Source: Promethearchaeia archaeon (GTDB lineage Archaea; Asgardarchaeota; Lokiarchaeia; Sigyniarchaeales; SOKP01). Taken from it: 32,000 nt of DNA. Made by a program: the position numbers and the translations under genes. Location of the stretch: the NCBI GenBank assembly GCA_046497275.1, contig JAWOFX010000130.1, positions 1-32,000 of the forward strand. Reading direction: 5' to 3'. The notes below the pieces were generated by a model that did not search any database, was not told where the DNA came from, and was given only the letters and a program-made list of their open reading frames with translations. Shown here in pieces: positions 1-8,118 of the stretch (positions are counted from its first letter, which is position 1; each line of letters begins with the position of its first letter).

Positions 1-10
1 TAAAACCTAT

Positions 11-133
11 GGCCCGGGGCGGTCTGGAGTGGTCTCTGACGCTGGACTTCAAATCCAGTTATCCCGCGGAGGGATAGGGGTTCGATATGGTTTTAGTTTG
101 CTAAGATCAAGAAAATCCCCCCCTGGGCCGCCA
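11..133 (+). tRNA. selC: tRNA-Sec (anticodon UCA) with a 29-nt T-loop intron (87-115)
   Basis: 9-bp acceptor stem GGCCCGGGG/CCCTGGGCC, long D-stem, anticodon stem CTGGA/TCCAG with loop CTTCAAA (TCA at 49-51), long variable arm, 4-bp T-stem GGGG/CCCC, discriminator G130, encoded CCA at 131-133. The intron forms a bulge-helix-bulge (outer stem TGGTTTTAG/CTAAGATCA). SepSecS lies about 2 kb downstream. Confidence 0.95.
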
Positions 134-198
134 TTGAATTTTTCTTTTTCTATTATTTTTTTTAGAACTTATAAATAATTCAACAAGCAAATCTTATT

Positions 199-1911
199 AT
201 GAAACAACTTTCATCTGAACAAATTTCTAAAGCCCTTAAACTTCTTAATAAAATTGAAACCTATCGATATTTTTGGAAAGCTTCTGGATATATTGATGAA
301 GATCTAAATAAACCAATCATAGCTGTCGCAAACTCTAATCAAGATGCAGGAGTGGGTCATGTTCATCTAAAAGAACTTGGAAGAAACGTGAAAGAGGCAA
401 TTTATTCAGCGGGAGGAACTCCAATCGAATTTAATGTGATTGGTCCATGTGCAGGTTATGCTAAAGCTAAAGCAACAGATGATATTACAATGCTTTATGA
501 TTTACCACAAAGAGAGGCAATAGCAGACTCCATTGAGATCCAAATGATGAATTATCAAGCAGAAGGACTTGTCTGTATTGGTACTTGTGATAAAATAGTT
601 CCTGGAATGTGGTTAGGTGCAGCGAGATTAAATTTGCCAACAATCTTTCTTCTCGGAGGACCGGCGCTTCCTGGTAAATGGCGAGGAGAGAATACAGTTT
701 TTCCGACTAATATAATCCTTAAAGGCATAAATATGGTGCTTTCTGGAGAAATAACAGAAGAGGAATTTTTTCAAGAATCTAATAAAATGGAATCATCTTG
801 GATAAAAGGTTGTGGGGCATGTCCAGAATTAACGACTGCGAATACTACAATGATATCTACAGAAGCGATGGGATTATGCTTACCAGAAGTATCCACAACT
901 CCCGGAAATTATATGGAGAAAATTAGACAAGCAAGAAAAACAGGCCGTACTATCATGAGATTAGTGGAATCTAAAGTTAAATTAAAAAACATAATATCTA
1001 AAGAATCTATAGAAAATGCCATAAGGACTGTGATGGCTGTTTCCGGATCAACAAATGGGATTTTACATTTGTTGAGTTTTGCGTTAAGTATGGGGATAGA
1101 TTTCTCATTGGATGATGTTCAGAAATTAAGCGAATTAACACCATATATAGCAGGGATTAGACCAAGTGGTCCTTATTCAATGGTTGATTTTCATGATGCG
1201 GGAGGGGTATATGCCTTAATTTATCAATTAAAAGATCTTTTTAACTTAGAATGTAATACTGTATTAAATAAAACAATTAGGGAATTATTGATTAATATAA
1301 AAGTTAAAAATACCGATATTATTCGTCCAAAAGAGAATTCCTTATATCCTTCTGGAGGAATAGTCGTCATGAAAGGTAATTTAGCACCAGAGGGAAGTTT
1401 AATGCGCCATACTGTCGTGAATGCAGAATTAAAAGAATTTATAGGTCCTGCTAAATGTTTTAACACTCAAATAGAAGCATTAATGGGAATTTTAGGAGGA
1501 AAAGTAGAATCTGGAGATGTGATGGTAATAAGATTCCAAGGACCTAGAGGTGCTCCAGGATTTTCAGAAAACTTCAAGATCGTTTTACTATTAGATGCAC
1601 TGGGTTTGAATGATGTTGCTGTTATTGCAGATAGCAGATTTTCTGGCGCCACGGAAGGTGCTCTCTACGTGGGATATATATCACCCGAGGCATATGTGGG
1701 AGGTCCTTTAGCAGCATTAAAAGATGGTGATAGAATAACCATTAGTTTGGAACAGAAGAGCGTAAACGTTAATTTATCAGAGGATCAGATCCAAAAACGT
1801 TTAGAGAATTTCAACCCTCAAAAACCTCGAATTAAAGAAGGCGTTTTAGTTGATTGGTATGAAAATGCCACTCAATTTCATAAAGGAGCAATGCTTAAAA
1901 GAAAATTATAA
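199..1911 (+). CDS. ilvD: Dihydroxy-acid dehydratase (IlvD/Edd family), divergent
   Basis: Motifs KPIIAVANS, GHVHL, REAIADSIE, GTCDK, GACxxxxTANT, GSTN, GNLAPEG, GPRGAPG, DSRFSG; 570 aa. Confidence 0.9.
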   Translation: MKQLSSEQISKALKLLNKIETYRYFWKASGYIDEDLNKPIIAVANSNQDAGVGHVHLKELGRNVKEAIYSAGGTPIEFNVIGPCAGYAKAKATDDITMLYDLPQREAIADSIEIQMMNYQAEGLVCIGTCDKIVPGMWLGAARLNLPTIFLLGGPALPGKWRGENTVFPTNIILKGINMVLSGEITEEEFFQESNKMESSWIKGCGACPELTTANTTMISTEAMGLCLPEVSTTPGNYMEKIRQARKTGRTIMRLVESKVKLKNIISKESIENAIRTVMAVSGSTNGILHLLSFALSMGIDFSLDDVQKLSELTPYIAGIRPSGPYSMVDFHDAGGVYALIYQLKDLFNLECNTVLNKTIRELLINIKVKNTDIIRPKENSLYPSGGIVVMKGNLAPEGSLMRHTVVNAELKEFIGPAKCFNTQIEALMGILGGKVESGDVMVIRFQGPRGAPGFSENFKIVLLLDALGLNDVAVIADSRFSGATEGALYVGYISPEAYVGGPLAALKDGDRITISLEQKSVNVNLSEDQIQKRLENFNPQKPRIKEGVLVDWYENATQFHKGAMLKRKL

Positions 1912-1918
1912 TAATCAC

Positions 1919-1926
1919 TTTTTTTT
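1919..1926 (+). terminator. Oligo-T archaeal-type terminator after ilvD
   Basis: Run of 8 T a few bases after the stop codon. Confidence 0.45.
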
Positions 1927-2071
1927 ATATAAAATGAATATTAAATTGGAAGATTATCAGCATAAAGAAAATCTAAAAAATTTAACATGATTTATTATGC
2001 TAAGAATTATTTTTGATATAGTCTTATTATATTATATTTTATAAAGATAAATTCTACTAATATTATCTTGG

Positions 2072-3445
2072 TTGTATGTTATGGTTGATCTAAATAAGAT
2101 TATTGATTATTTCAAAAATTCTAAGATTCCCGAAAATATGCTTAATCGTGGACAATTAGTACTCAATGAATTTCTAAATCCTCTAAAAGTATTGTTTGAG
2201 CAAAAAGCATTACCTAATGAAGGATGGAAAGATGAGCAAATTGAGTTTCTTTTGCAGATACTAGCAAATATGGACACAGACAAAGATATAAATGCTTCTC
2301 AAGTAGGAGAACGAGAGGCTCGAATTGCTTCGAAGTTGCATTTAAACATCTCTGGTGGATTTTGTCACGGAGTAGGAAGAAGTGGATTTTTAACTGCTCC
2401 CCAACCGAAAGCACCTGGAGGATCAATAATGTACGAAATAACTAACTATCTTGCTCGAGATATTATGAGAAAATTTGGTCTTCCAAACATTAAAAAAGCA
2501 ATTATCACCCCTATCGCTACAGGGATGTCTCTCGCATTAGCATTATCTGCTTTTAAGCCCAATTGGAATAATATACAGCTTAGATCAAAAAGAAAAGTCT
2601 TAATTCCGAGGTTAGATCATCATTCCATATTAAAATCAATAGATTTTATTGGTCTTGAGCCTAAGATTATTGACGGAAAAATTTTTGGTGATGCTGTTAG
2701 AATTCCCATAGATGATATCCGAAATGCTTATGAAGATGAATGTTATGCGATCATCTCTTTTACGAGTTTTTTTCCTCCCCGTGAAGCGGATGAAATTAAA
2801 GAAATTAGTAAGTTCGCAAAAGAAAAAGATCTTGTCCATATTATTGTTAATGCTTATGGGGTTCAAAGTCCAGAATGGATGGGGTTAATCCGATCAGCAA
2901 TAGACGCAGGAAAAGTTGATGCTGTGATTCAATCCACTGATAAAAACTTTCTTACTCCTGTCGGCGCTTCATTAATTGCCTCCCCTGATAAAGAAAAAAT
3001 TGAAAAGATCAGTAAAACTTATGCGGGAAGAGCTTCTGCTTCCCCTGTTGTAAACTTTCTTATATCTATGTTGTCATTAGGAAAAAATGGTTATGAAAAA
3101 CTCATAAAAGATCAACAAGAAAACCGAAAATTCCTTGAACAAAAATTAAACATTTTAGCAGAAAAAATTAATGAGCGAGTGATGAATATTTTTAATCCTG
3201 TGGCCGTTTCAATGACATTAAATCATCTAAAAAAAGATGAATTATATGCTTTGGGTGGAGCATTATATAATCTCAGAGTAACCGGTCCACGAGTATATGA
3301 TCCAAGTCAAAAAGAATTTGGAACTTGTACTGAGGGATATCCTACTCCATATATAGTAATGAATGCCGCAATTGGAAGCAAAAAAGAACATATAAACACT
3401 GCTATCGAAAGACTTGAGAAAGCATACAATCAAATCACTAAATAG
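2072..3445 (+). CDS. spcS: O-phosphoseryl-tRNA(Sec) selenium transferase (SepSecS); start is TTG 2072 or ATG 2081
   Basis: MDTDK...GEREARIAS, FCHGVGRSG..APQPKAPG, PIATGMSL, QSTDKNF (PLP lysine), YAGRAS, LYNLRVTGPR, AAIG; close to tRNA-Sec. Confidence 0.95.
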   Translation: MYVMVDLNKIIDYFKNSKIPENMLNRGQLVLNEFLNPLKVLFEQKALPNEGWKDEQIEFLLQILANMDTDKDINASQVGEREARIASKLHLNISGGFCHGVGRSGFLTAPQPKAPGGSIMYEITNYLARDIMRKFGLPNIKKAIITPIATGMSLALALSAFKPNWNNIQLRSKRKVLIPRLDHHSILKSIDFIGLEPKIIDGKIFGDAVRIPIDDIRNAYEDECYAIISFTSFFPPREADEIKEISKFAKEKDLVHIIVNAYGVQSPEWMGLIRSAIDAGKVDAVIQSTDKNFLTPVGASLIASPDKEKIEKISKTYAGRASASPVVNFLISMLSLGKNGYEKLIKDQQENRKFLEQKLNILAEKINERVMNIFNPVAVSMTLNHLKKDELYALGGALYNLRVTGPRVYDPSQKEFGTCTEGYPTPYIVMNAAIGSKKEHINTAIERLEKAYNQITK

Positions 3446-3635
3446 GGCTTGAAGTGTTCATTCCTTAATTTTATCATATTTTTTATTTAAAATTCTCTTT
3501 CTAAAAAATTTGCCCACTTGATAATTCTTCTATATGCGATGGCTATTAAATAAATTTTTATATTAATTGTATTTTTTCTTTACTAAATAGCTTTCATTTC
3601 AAATTATATATCTCAAGTATTTAGGGATAAACCTC

Positions 3636-4319
3636 ATGGAAAATCGACTTTTAGTTCAGTTTAATAATGTAATTTCTACAGAATGGTTATCAGAGCAATT
3701 TTCTGAACCTTTTAATCCTTTGAATCATAGGGAATTATTTGAATTAACATATCATACCGTTAATAACGTTGGGACAAGGTGTGTTTGGATTAAACTCTTT
3801 CAAGCTTTTAAAAAAGGTTCTAGAGCAATCTTGTACTCTAAAAATAAAACATTCATCTCTATTGAAAATATGGAAGACACCTTAAATGTAAAGTGCTATT
3901 ATAACGATGAGGAAAATGCAAATAGACTCACTACCCAAATTTTACCCACACTTCAAGAAAGAAAGATGAAATTCAATAATAAGGATGATGATATCAAAAC
4001 TCAGCTTTTAAAAACTATTTTAGTTGAGAGAAAGATTGATGAATGTGCAAATCTTGTGATGCTAAAGGATATTAATAGAAAAATATATTTTGCGATTGGA
4101 GATGCGAGGGAATCCGCTGCAGTTGTTCCATTATTTATGGAAGCGGAAGGTTCGCGATTAGTTCAATTAGCATTAAATAAATGGATGGCAACCGCGCAAA
4201 ATCTTCCTTCTGAAGAAGCTTTTCCAGAAAATAGAGTCCCTGGATTATTGAAGAATTTAATGCAGATCAAAAAATGGGTTTTAAATCTAATCACTTCTTA
4301 TTTGGATAAGGATCAGTAA
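3636..4319 (+). CDS. Hypothetical protein (227 aa)
   Basis: Long ORF with ATG start and normal codon usage; no family recognised. Confidence 0.75.
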   Translation: MENRLLVQFNNVISTEWLSEQFSEPFNPLNHRELFELTYHTVNNVGTRCVWIKLFQAFKKGSRAILYSKNKTFISIENMEDTLNVKCYYNDEENANRLTTQILPTLQERKMKFNNKDDDIKTQLLKTILVERKIDECANLVMLKDINRKIYFAIGDARESAAVVPLFMEAEGSRLVQLALNKWMATAQNLPSEEAFPENRVPGLLKNLMQIKKWVLNLITSYLDKDQ

Positions 4320-4544
4320 AATTTTCGATAATTTCTTCTAGGTCGTAATTTTACTCTTTTTTATGGAATATCAACTGAGAAGGTATTCTATAAAAAAATT
4401 TTTATGTTTTATTATTTTAGTTAGATTAATAACACAGTTAAAACTGATTACCATACCCATAAAATAATTCATAATAACCGGTTATCTCAGAATTACAGCT
4501 CCATGATTGAGTAATTAAAACTGTGTAACCGAAGAGTTAGTTAA

Positions 4545-4725
4545 GCTCCCGTTGCTTAGCTTGGTTAACAAGCAATAGGTTCTTGTCTTGACCGACAAGC
4601 GCAGGTCTTATAAATGGCCGATGGACAAACAATCAAGAACAACTGTCCATAATAGTAAAAACCTGAGATCGGGGGTTCAAATATGATTCTCATTTCGAGA
4701 TTCATGGATTTTCCCCCCGGGAGCA
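4545..4725 (+). tRNA. Probable tRNA-Ile (anticodon UAU) with three introns: 4568-4596 (position 21/22), about 4613-4659 (37/38) and 4682-4711 (59/60)
   Basis: Acceptor GCTCCCG/CGGGAGC plus A73; D-stem GCTT/AAGC; anticodon stem CAGGT/ACCTG; short variable loop AGATC; T-stem GGGGG/CCCCC with TTCAAA|T loop. The D-loop intron has a clean hBHBh' (GCT/AGC, TGGT/ACCG, CAAG/CTTG). The T-loop intron has a relaxed BHB. The anticodon intron has a TGTCCAT/ATGGACA stem but an imperfect central helix. Confidence 0.8.
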
Positions 4726-4764
4726 AAATACTTCTCTTCAAATTTATTTTCCGAATAATTATGT

Positions 4765-5097
4765 ATGTTAACTAATATGTCCATCAATTTCTCAACAGAA
4801 GCAAAAGATTTTATTAAAAATAATAATATCAAATATCTTTTCTTAGATGTTGATACTATAGAAGAGGGATGTACAGCAATATATAATCCTAATCTAAAAA
4901 TTGTTTCCAATAAAATTAATTCAGAGCAAGTAATTGAAAACATTGAAACAGAAGATATTCAATTATTTATTTCAAAGGATTTTAATTCACTTTTTGGTAT
5001 ACAAAAGCAATTTGAAGTAGATCTTGTCGGGTTTTTCGAAAAAGTTTTAACAATCACTAATATTGAAGCGAAAACCAAAAACATATGTAAAGTATAA
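4765..5097 (+). CDS. Small HesB/IscA-like-fold protein (tentative); likely start ATG 4777
   Basis: N-terminus INFSTEAKDFIK followed by a hydrophobic strand and EEGC resembles HesB-like proteins; weak, by-eye similarity. Confidence 0.4.
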   Translation: MLTNMSINFSTEAKDFIKNNNIKYLFLDVDTIEEGCTAIYNPNLKIVSNKINSEQVIENIETEDIQLFISKDFNSLFGIQKQFEVDLVGFFEKVLTITNIEAKTKNICKV

Positions 5098-5330
5098 TCT
5101 TAATTAGAAATTTCACTATATTTAAAAATTAAACTTTTAAATTTAATCGAATAATCTTTTTTCATCTGAAATATTTCAAATAACACTCACTAAAAACAAA
5201 AATATAAGCAAGATCCATTACCTCTAAATTACACAAATTTTTATGAATCAAAAAGATTAAAGTAGTAAATCTTATATTTAATTCATAAGGTAAAAAATGA
5301 AAAGATTTTATTATGACGTTGGTGATATAA

Positions 5331-5759
5331 TTGGCTGAAATGTTGACGGATCTGCTCCAGAACATTTATTCTCGTATAGCTCAGCTAGGTAAAGCTATCC
5401 AAGGGCTAAAAAATTCCTTAGATGGGCTTAATCAAAACATAGAGGATAAAATCACGAATCTTAATGAAAAGATGGGGCAGTTTTCCAAAGAAATTGCGGT
5501 CGCACAAACAAAACATTTAGATGTTATAACTGAGATTGGGAAAGGTGCAAAAAAGGAAATTGAGGTAGTTCAAGAAGGATTAGGACTTAAAGCATTGAAG
5601 AAGATGATATCTGATATGGAAAATTTTTCTAAATTAGCGGAGGAAGTTTTAAATCAAGATACAGTAAATTTATTATTATCAGAAGCAATTTCCTCAGTAA
5701 AAACTCTAAAAAAACAACAAGAAGCAAAAGTAGTTAAACAAACACCTAAAAATGAATAA
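5331..5759 (+). CDS. Coiled-coil protein (142 aa, TTG start)
   Basis: Heptad-patterned, all-helical composition; no transmembrane segment; SD-like GGTGAT upstream. Confidence 0.75.
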   Translation: MAEMLTDLLQNIYSRIAQLGKAIQGLKNSLDGLNQNIEDKITNLNEKMGQFSKEIAVAQTKHLDVITEIGKGAKKEIEVVQEGLGLKALKKMISDMENFSKLAEEVLNQDTVNLLLSEAISSVKTLKKQQEAKVVKQTPKNE

Positions 5760-5780
5760 ATCTAATGGTGGATAAAAAAA

Positions 5781-6212
5781 ATGGGAAATGAAATGGAAAC
5801 CCTTTTGGAAGAGATGATAACCAAGATTAATCAGATAATGGAATCACTCGATGGTACTATCTCACAGATTAATCAAATGAATGAATCTATAAATTTAATG
5901 AGCGATAAATTTTCTCAAGAAATCGTTAGTTTAACAGAAAATGTGCGATTAATAGTTGAGGCTTTAAAACAATTTAGAGTCCAATCCAATAAAAGCATGC
6001 AAGAACTTTCAGATGATTTAAATGAAAGGATTGAGGAATTATGGGAAAATAAGTCTATTGAAGCAATTTTAGAAGATGAAAAGAAAGCTATTGGGACTAT
6101 TAAGAAAGCGCAAAAAACCGTAAGCGATAATCTCTATTATGCTCAACTTCTTACAATAATACAATCAATTCGAGAGGAAACTAACCGAATTCTTACAAGT
6201 TGCGATATCTAA
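5781..6212 (+). CDS. Coiled-coil protein (143 aa)
   Basis: Heptad-patterned; 21 bp after the previous gene; SD-like GGTGGA upstream. Confidence 0.8.
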   Translation: MGNEMETLLEEMITKINQIMESLDGTISQINQMNESINLMSDKFSQEIVSLTENVRLIVEALKQFRVQSNKSMQELSDDLNERIEELWENKSIEAILEDEKKAIGTIKKAQKTVSDNLYYAQLLTIIQSIREETNRILTSCDI

Positions 6213-6358
6213 TTTTTATTAAATAATTATTTATTTTCCAATAAATACTATTTTTAATAATACTACCCATATATCTTTTAATTTCTTTTAATAATCTTTT
6301 ATATAGCACAAATAAGATATTCAAATTAAAAATCAAATAAAGAAAAAGTGAAAGTAAA

Positions 6359-7264
6359 ATGCCTAAAGGAACGTTTTGTATCATTTTACCATTTGATTCA
6401 GATTATAAGGTTCTCGGTACTTACTTTAAGGATAAAGAAGGGAAAGATTTTGAAATAACTAGCAATTTATTCCTACGATTAAACCTAGATCTGGAACGAA
6501 ATCAATATTCATTTTTAAAGATAGATGAGGATCGGATTTTTTCATATATTCATAAATTCACTGGAAAAATAAAACTTAAAGCTTCTGGAATTATTGTTGG
6601 TTTACTTTTAGAAGAGGGTGAGAAACCAGAGAAATATAGGCCTTTACTCAAAGACGCTGCTGAAACTATTGAGGAAATAGATTTGTTAGATATACCACGT
6701 GATAAATTTGAGGCGGAATTGAAAGAGGTATATCAAGAGATTATAGAGCCATTAATGGATCTTATGACTCCAGAAAATATTAAACAAAGTATTATAAATA
6801 GAACGAAATCTTTATTATCAGGAAGCAAAAATGATAGGAAATTGGCTCAAGAGTTAGTTGAGAGGGTGGAAGATGAAGAACATATAAAGATTGCAAACCT
6901 TTATAAAGAAGCTGAAAAGGCGTTAAAAATAAAGGAATTTGATAAAGCTGCTAAGAATTATTCAAAGGCTACTGAAATCTCAGAAGAATTACTAGGAGAA
7001 GATAATGAAATTACGAACACTTTATGCGAAAGAGCATCATTTTGCGAAAAAATTCCGGAATTATCCAAAAATCGAGATAAAATTGTTCAAAATGCGAGAG
7101 ACGCTTTAAGAAATGAGGATTTCCATGAAGCTTATAAATTATATAGAGAAGCGAGTGAAATATCTAAAGAATTAGTCCAATTTGACAAGGAAGAAGAATA
7201 TAGGTTAAAATCTAAGGCGTTAAATGATTTCTATCAAGTTGATCAGAGATATAAGAATAATTGA
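6359..7264 (+). CDS. Putative longin/roadblock-like N-terminal domain plus two TPR/MIT-like helical repeats
   Basis: N-terminal beta-beta-alpha-beta-beta-beta-alpha pattern (FCIILPFD..VLGTYF..FLRLNL..RIFSY..GIIVGLLL..LLKDAAE). Two internal repeats: EAEKALKIKEFDKAAKNYSKATEISEEL and NARDALRNEDFHEAYKLYREASEISKEL. Confidence 0.55.
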   Translation: MPKGTFCIILPFDSDYKVLGTYFKDKEGKDFEITSNLFLRLNLDLERNQYSFLKIDEDRIFSYIHKFTGKIKLKASGIIVGLLLEEGEKPEKYRPLLKDAAETIEEIDLLDIPRDKFEAELKEVYQEIIEPLMDLMTPENIKQSIINRTKSLLSGSKNDRKLAQELVERVEDEEHIKIANLYKEAEKALKIKEFDKAAKNYSKATEISEELLGEDNEITNTLCERASFCEKIPELSKNRDKIVQNARDALRNEDFHEAYKLYREASEISKELVQFDKEEEYRLKSKALNDFYQVDQRYKNN

Positions 7265-7282
7265 ATAGAATTCTATTTAAAA

Positions 7283-8107
7283 TTGAATATGAATATTATA
7301 AGTTTATTAACAGATTTTGGTTCACGAGGTTCTCATTACGTTGCCGCGATGAAAGCTGTCATATTAAATATTTCTCCTGAGACCAAAATCATCGATCTTT
7401 CACATATGGTTAAACCATTCTCAATAATAGAAGGATCCTATATACTAAAATCCAACTATTCATATTTTCCCAAACAAACTATTTTTGTGGTAGTAATTGA
7501 TCCAGGAGTTGGTAGTGAACGAGGGATTCTAGCACTAAAAACTAATGATGGTTATTATTTCGTAGGACCAGATAATGGGATTTTACCTGCAGCTTTAGGT
7601 CATAACATAGAAAAATGTGCTCTTGTTGAAAATGATAAATATTTTCATAGACCAGTATCCTCTACATTTCATGGAAGAGATATAATGAGTCCAGTAGCAG
7701 CATATATTTCTTTGAAAACACCATTAAAAAATATTGGACCAATAATAAATCAAAAACAACTAAAAATGATTGAAATTCCTTTAGAAATCAAACCAGACCA
7801 AAGAAAAATTAAATGTTGTATTCAATATATTGATGAATTTGGAAATATCACTACAAATATACCATTAAAAAAGAATAAAATTAGCAATACTGATATTACT
7901 TTATCAGAAAAAACCAGAATAAAAGTAAGGAAAAATAATTCTATATTTGAAGGAAACTATAGCTCACATTTTGCATCTGTTTCTAAAGATTCATTATTAT
8001 TTTTACAAGGTTCTACGGGTTTTCTTGAAATTTCTATAAATCAAGGAAATGCTTCTAAAATATTGGATATCTCCTCTGGAGATGTCATAAAATTACAATT
8101 AGAATGA
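7283..8107 (+). CDS. SAM hydroxide adenosyltransferase / SAM-dependent halogenase family (DUF62)
   Basis: IISLLTDFG, VIDPGVGSER, FVGPDNG, STFHGRDI, YIDEFGNITTN, GFLEISINQGNA. Confidence 0.92.
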   Translation: MNMNIISLLTDFGSRGSHYVAAMKAVILNISPETKIIDLSHMVKPFSIIEGSYILKSNYSYFPKQTIFVVVIDPGVGSERGILALKTNDGYYFVGPDNGILPAALGHNIEKCALVENDKYFHRPVSSTFHGRDIMSPVAAYISLKTPLKNIGPIINQKQLKMIEIPLEIKPDQRKIKCCIQYIDEFGNITTNIPLKKNKISNTDITLSEKTRIKVRKNNSIFEGNYSSHFASVSKDSLLFLQGSTGFLEISINQGNASKILDISSGDVIKLQLE

Positions 8108-8118
8108 AGTGATTCAAC

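Noticed and set aside
4607-4660. Alternative splicing to tRNA-Leu(UAA)
   Set aside because: Possible by sequence, but the variable loop is short (archaeal tRNA-Leu has a long arm) and the alternative registers give worse BHB pairing. Kept only as residual uncertainty.
4500-4730. GC-richer structured region first considered as SRP RNA or RNase P RNA
   Set aside because: No SRP helix-8 or RNase P P4 motif found; the region is fully explained by a three-intron tRNA.
4677-4943. 88-aa minus-strand ORF
   Set aside because: Antisense to both the tRNA and the 4765-5097 gene; a shadow ORF.
5331-6212. SNARE assignment for the coiled-coil pair
   Set aside because: No C-terminal transmembrane anchor, and no convincing Q/R zero layer could be placed by eye.
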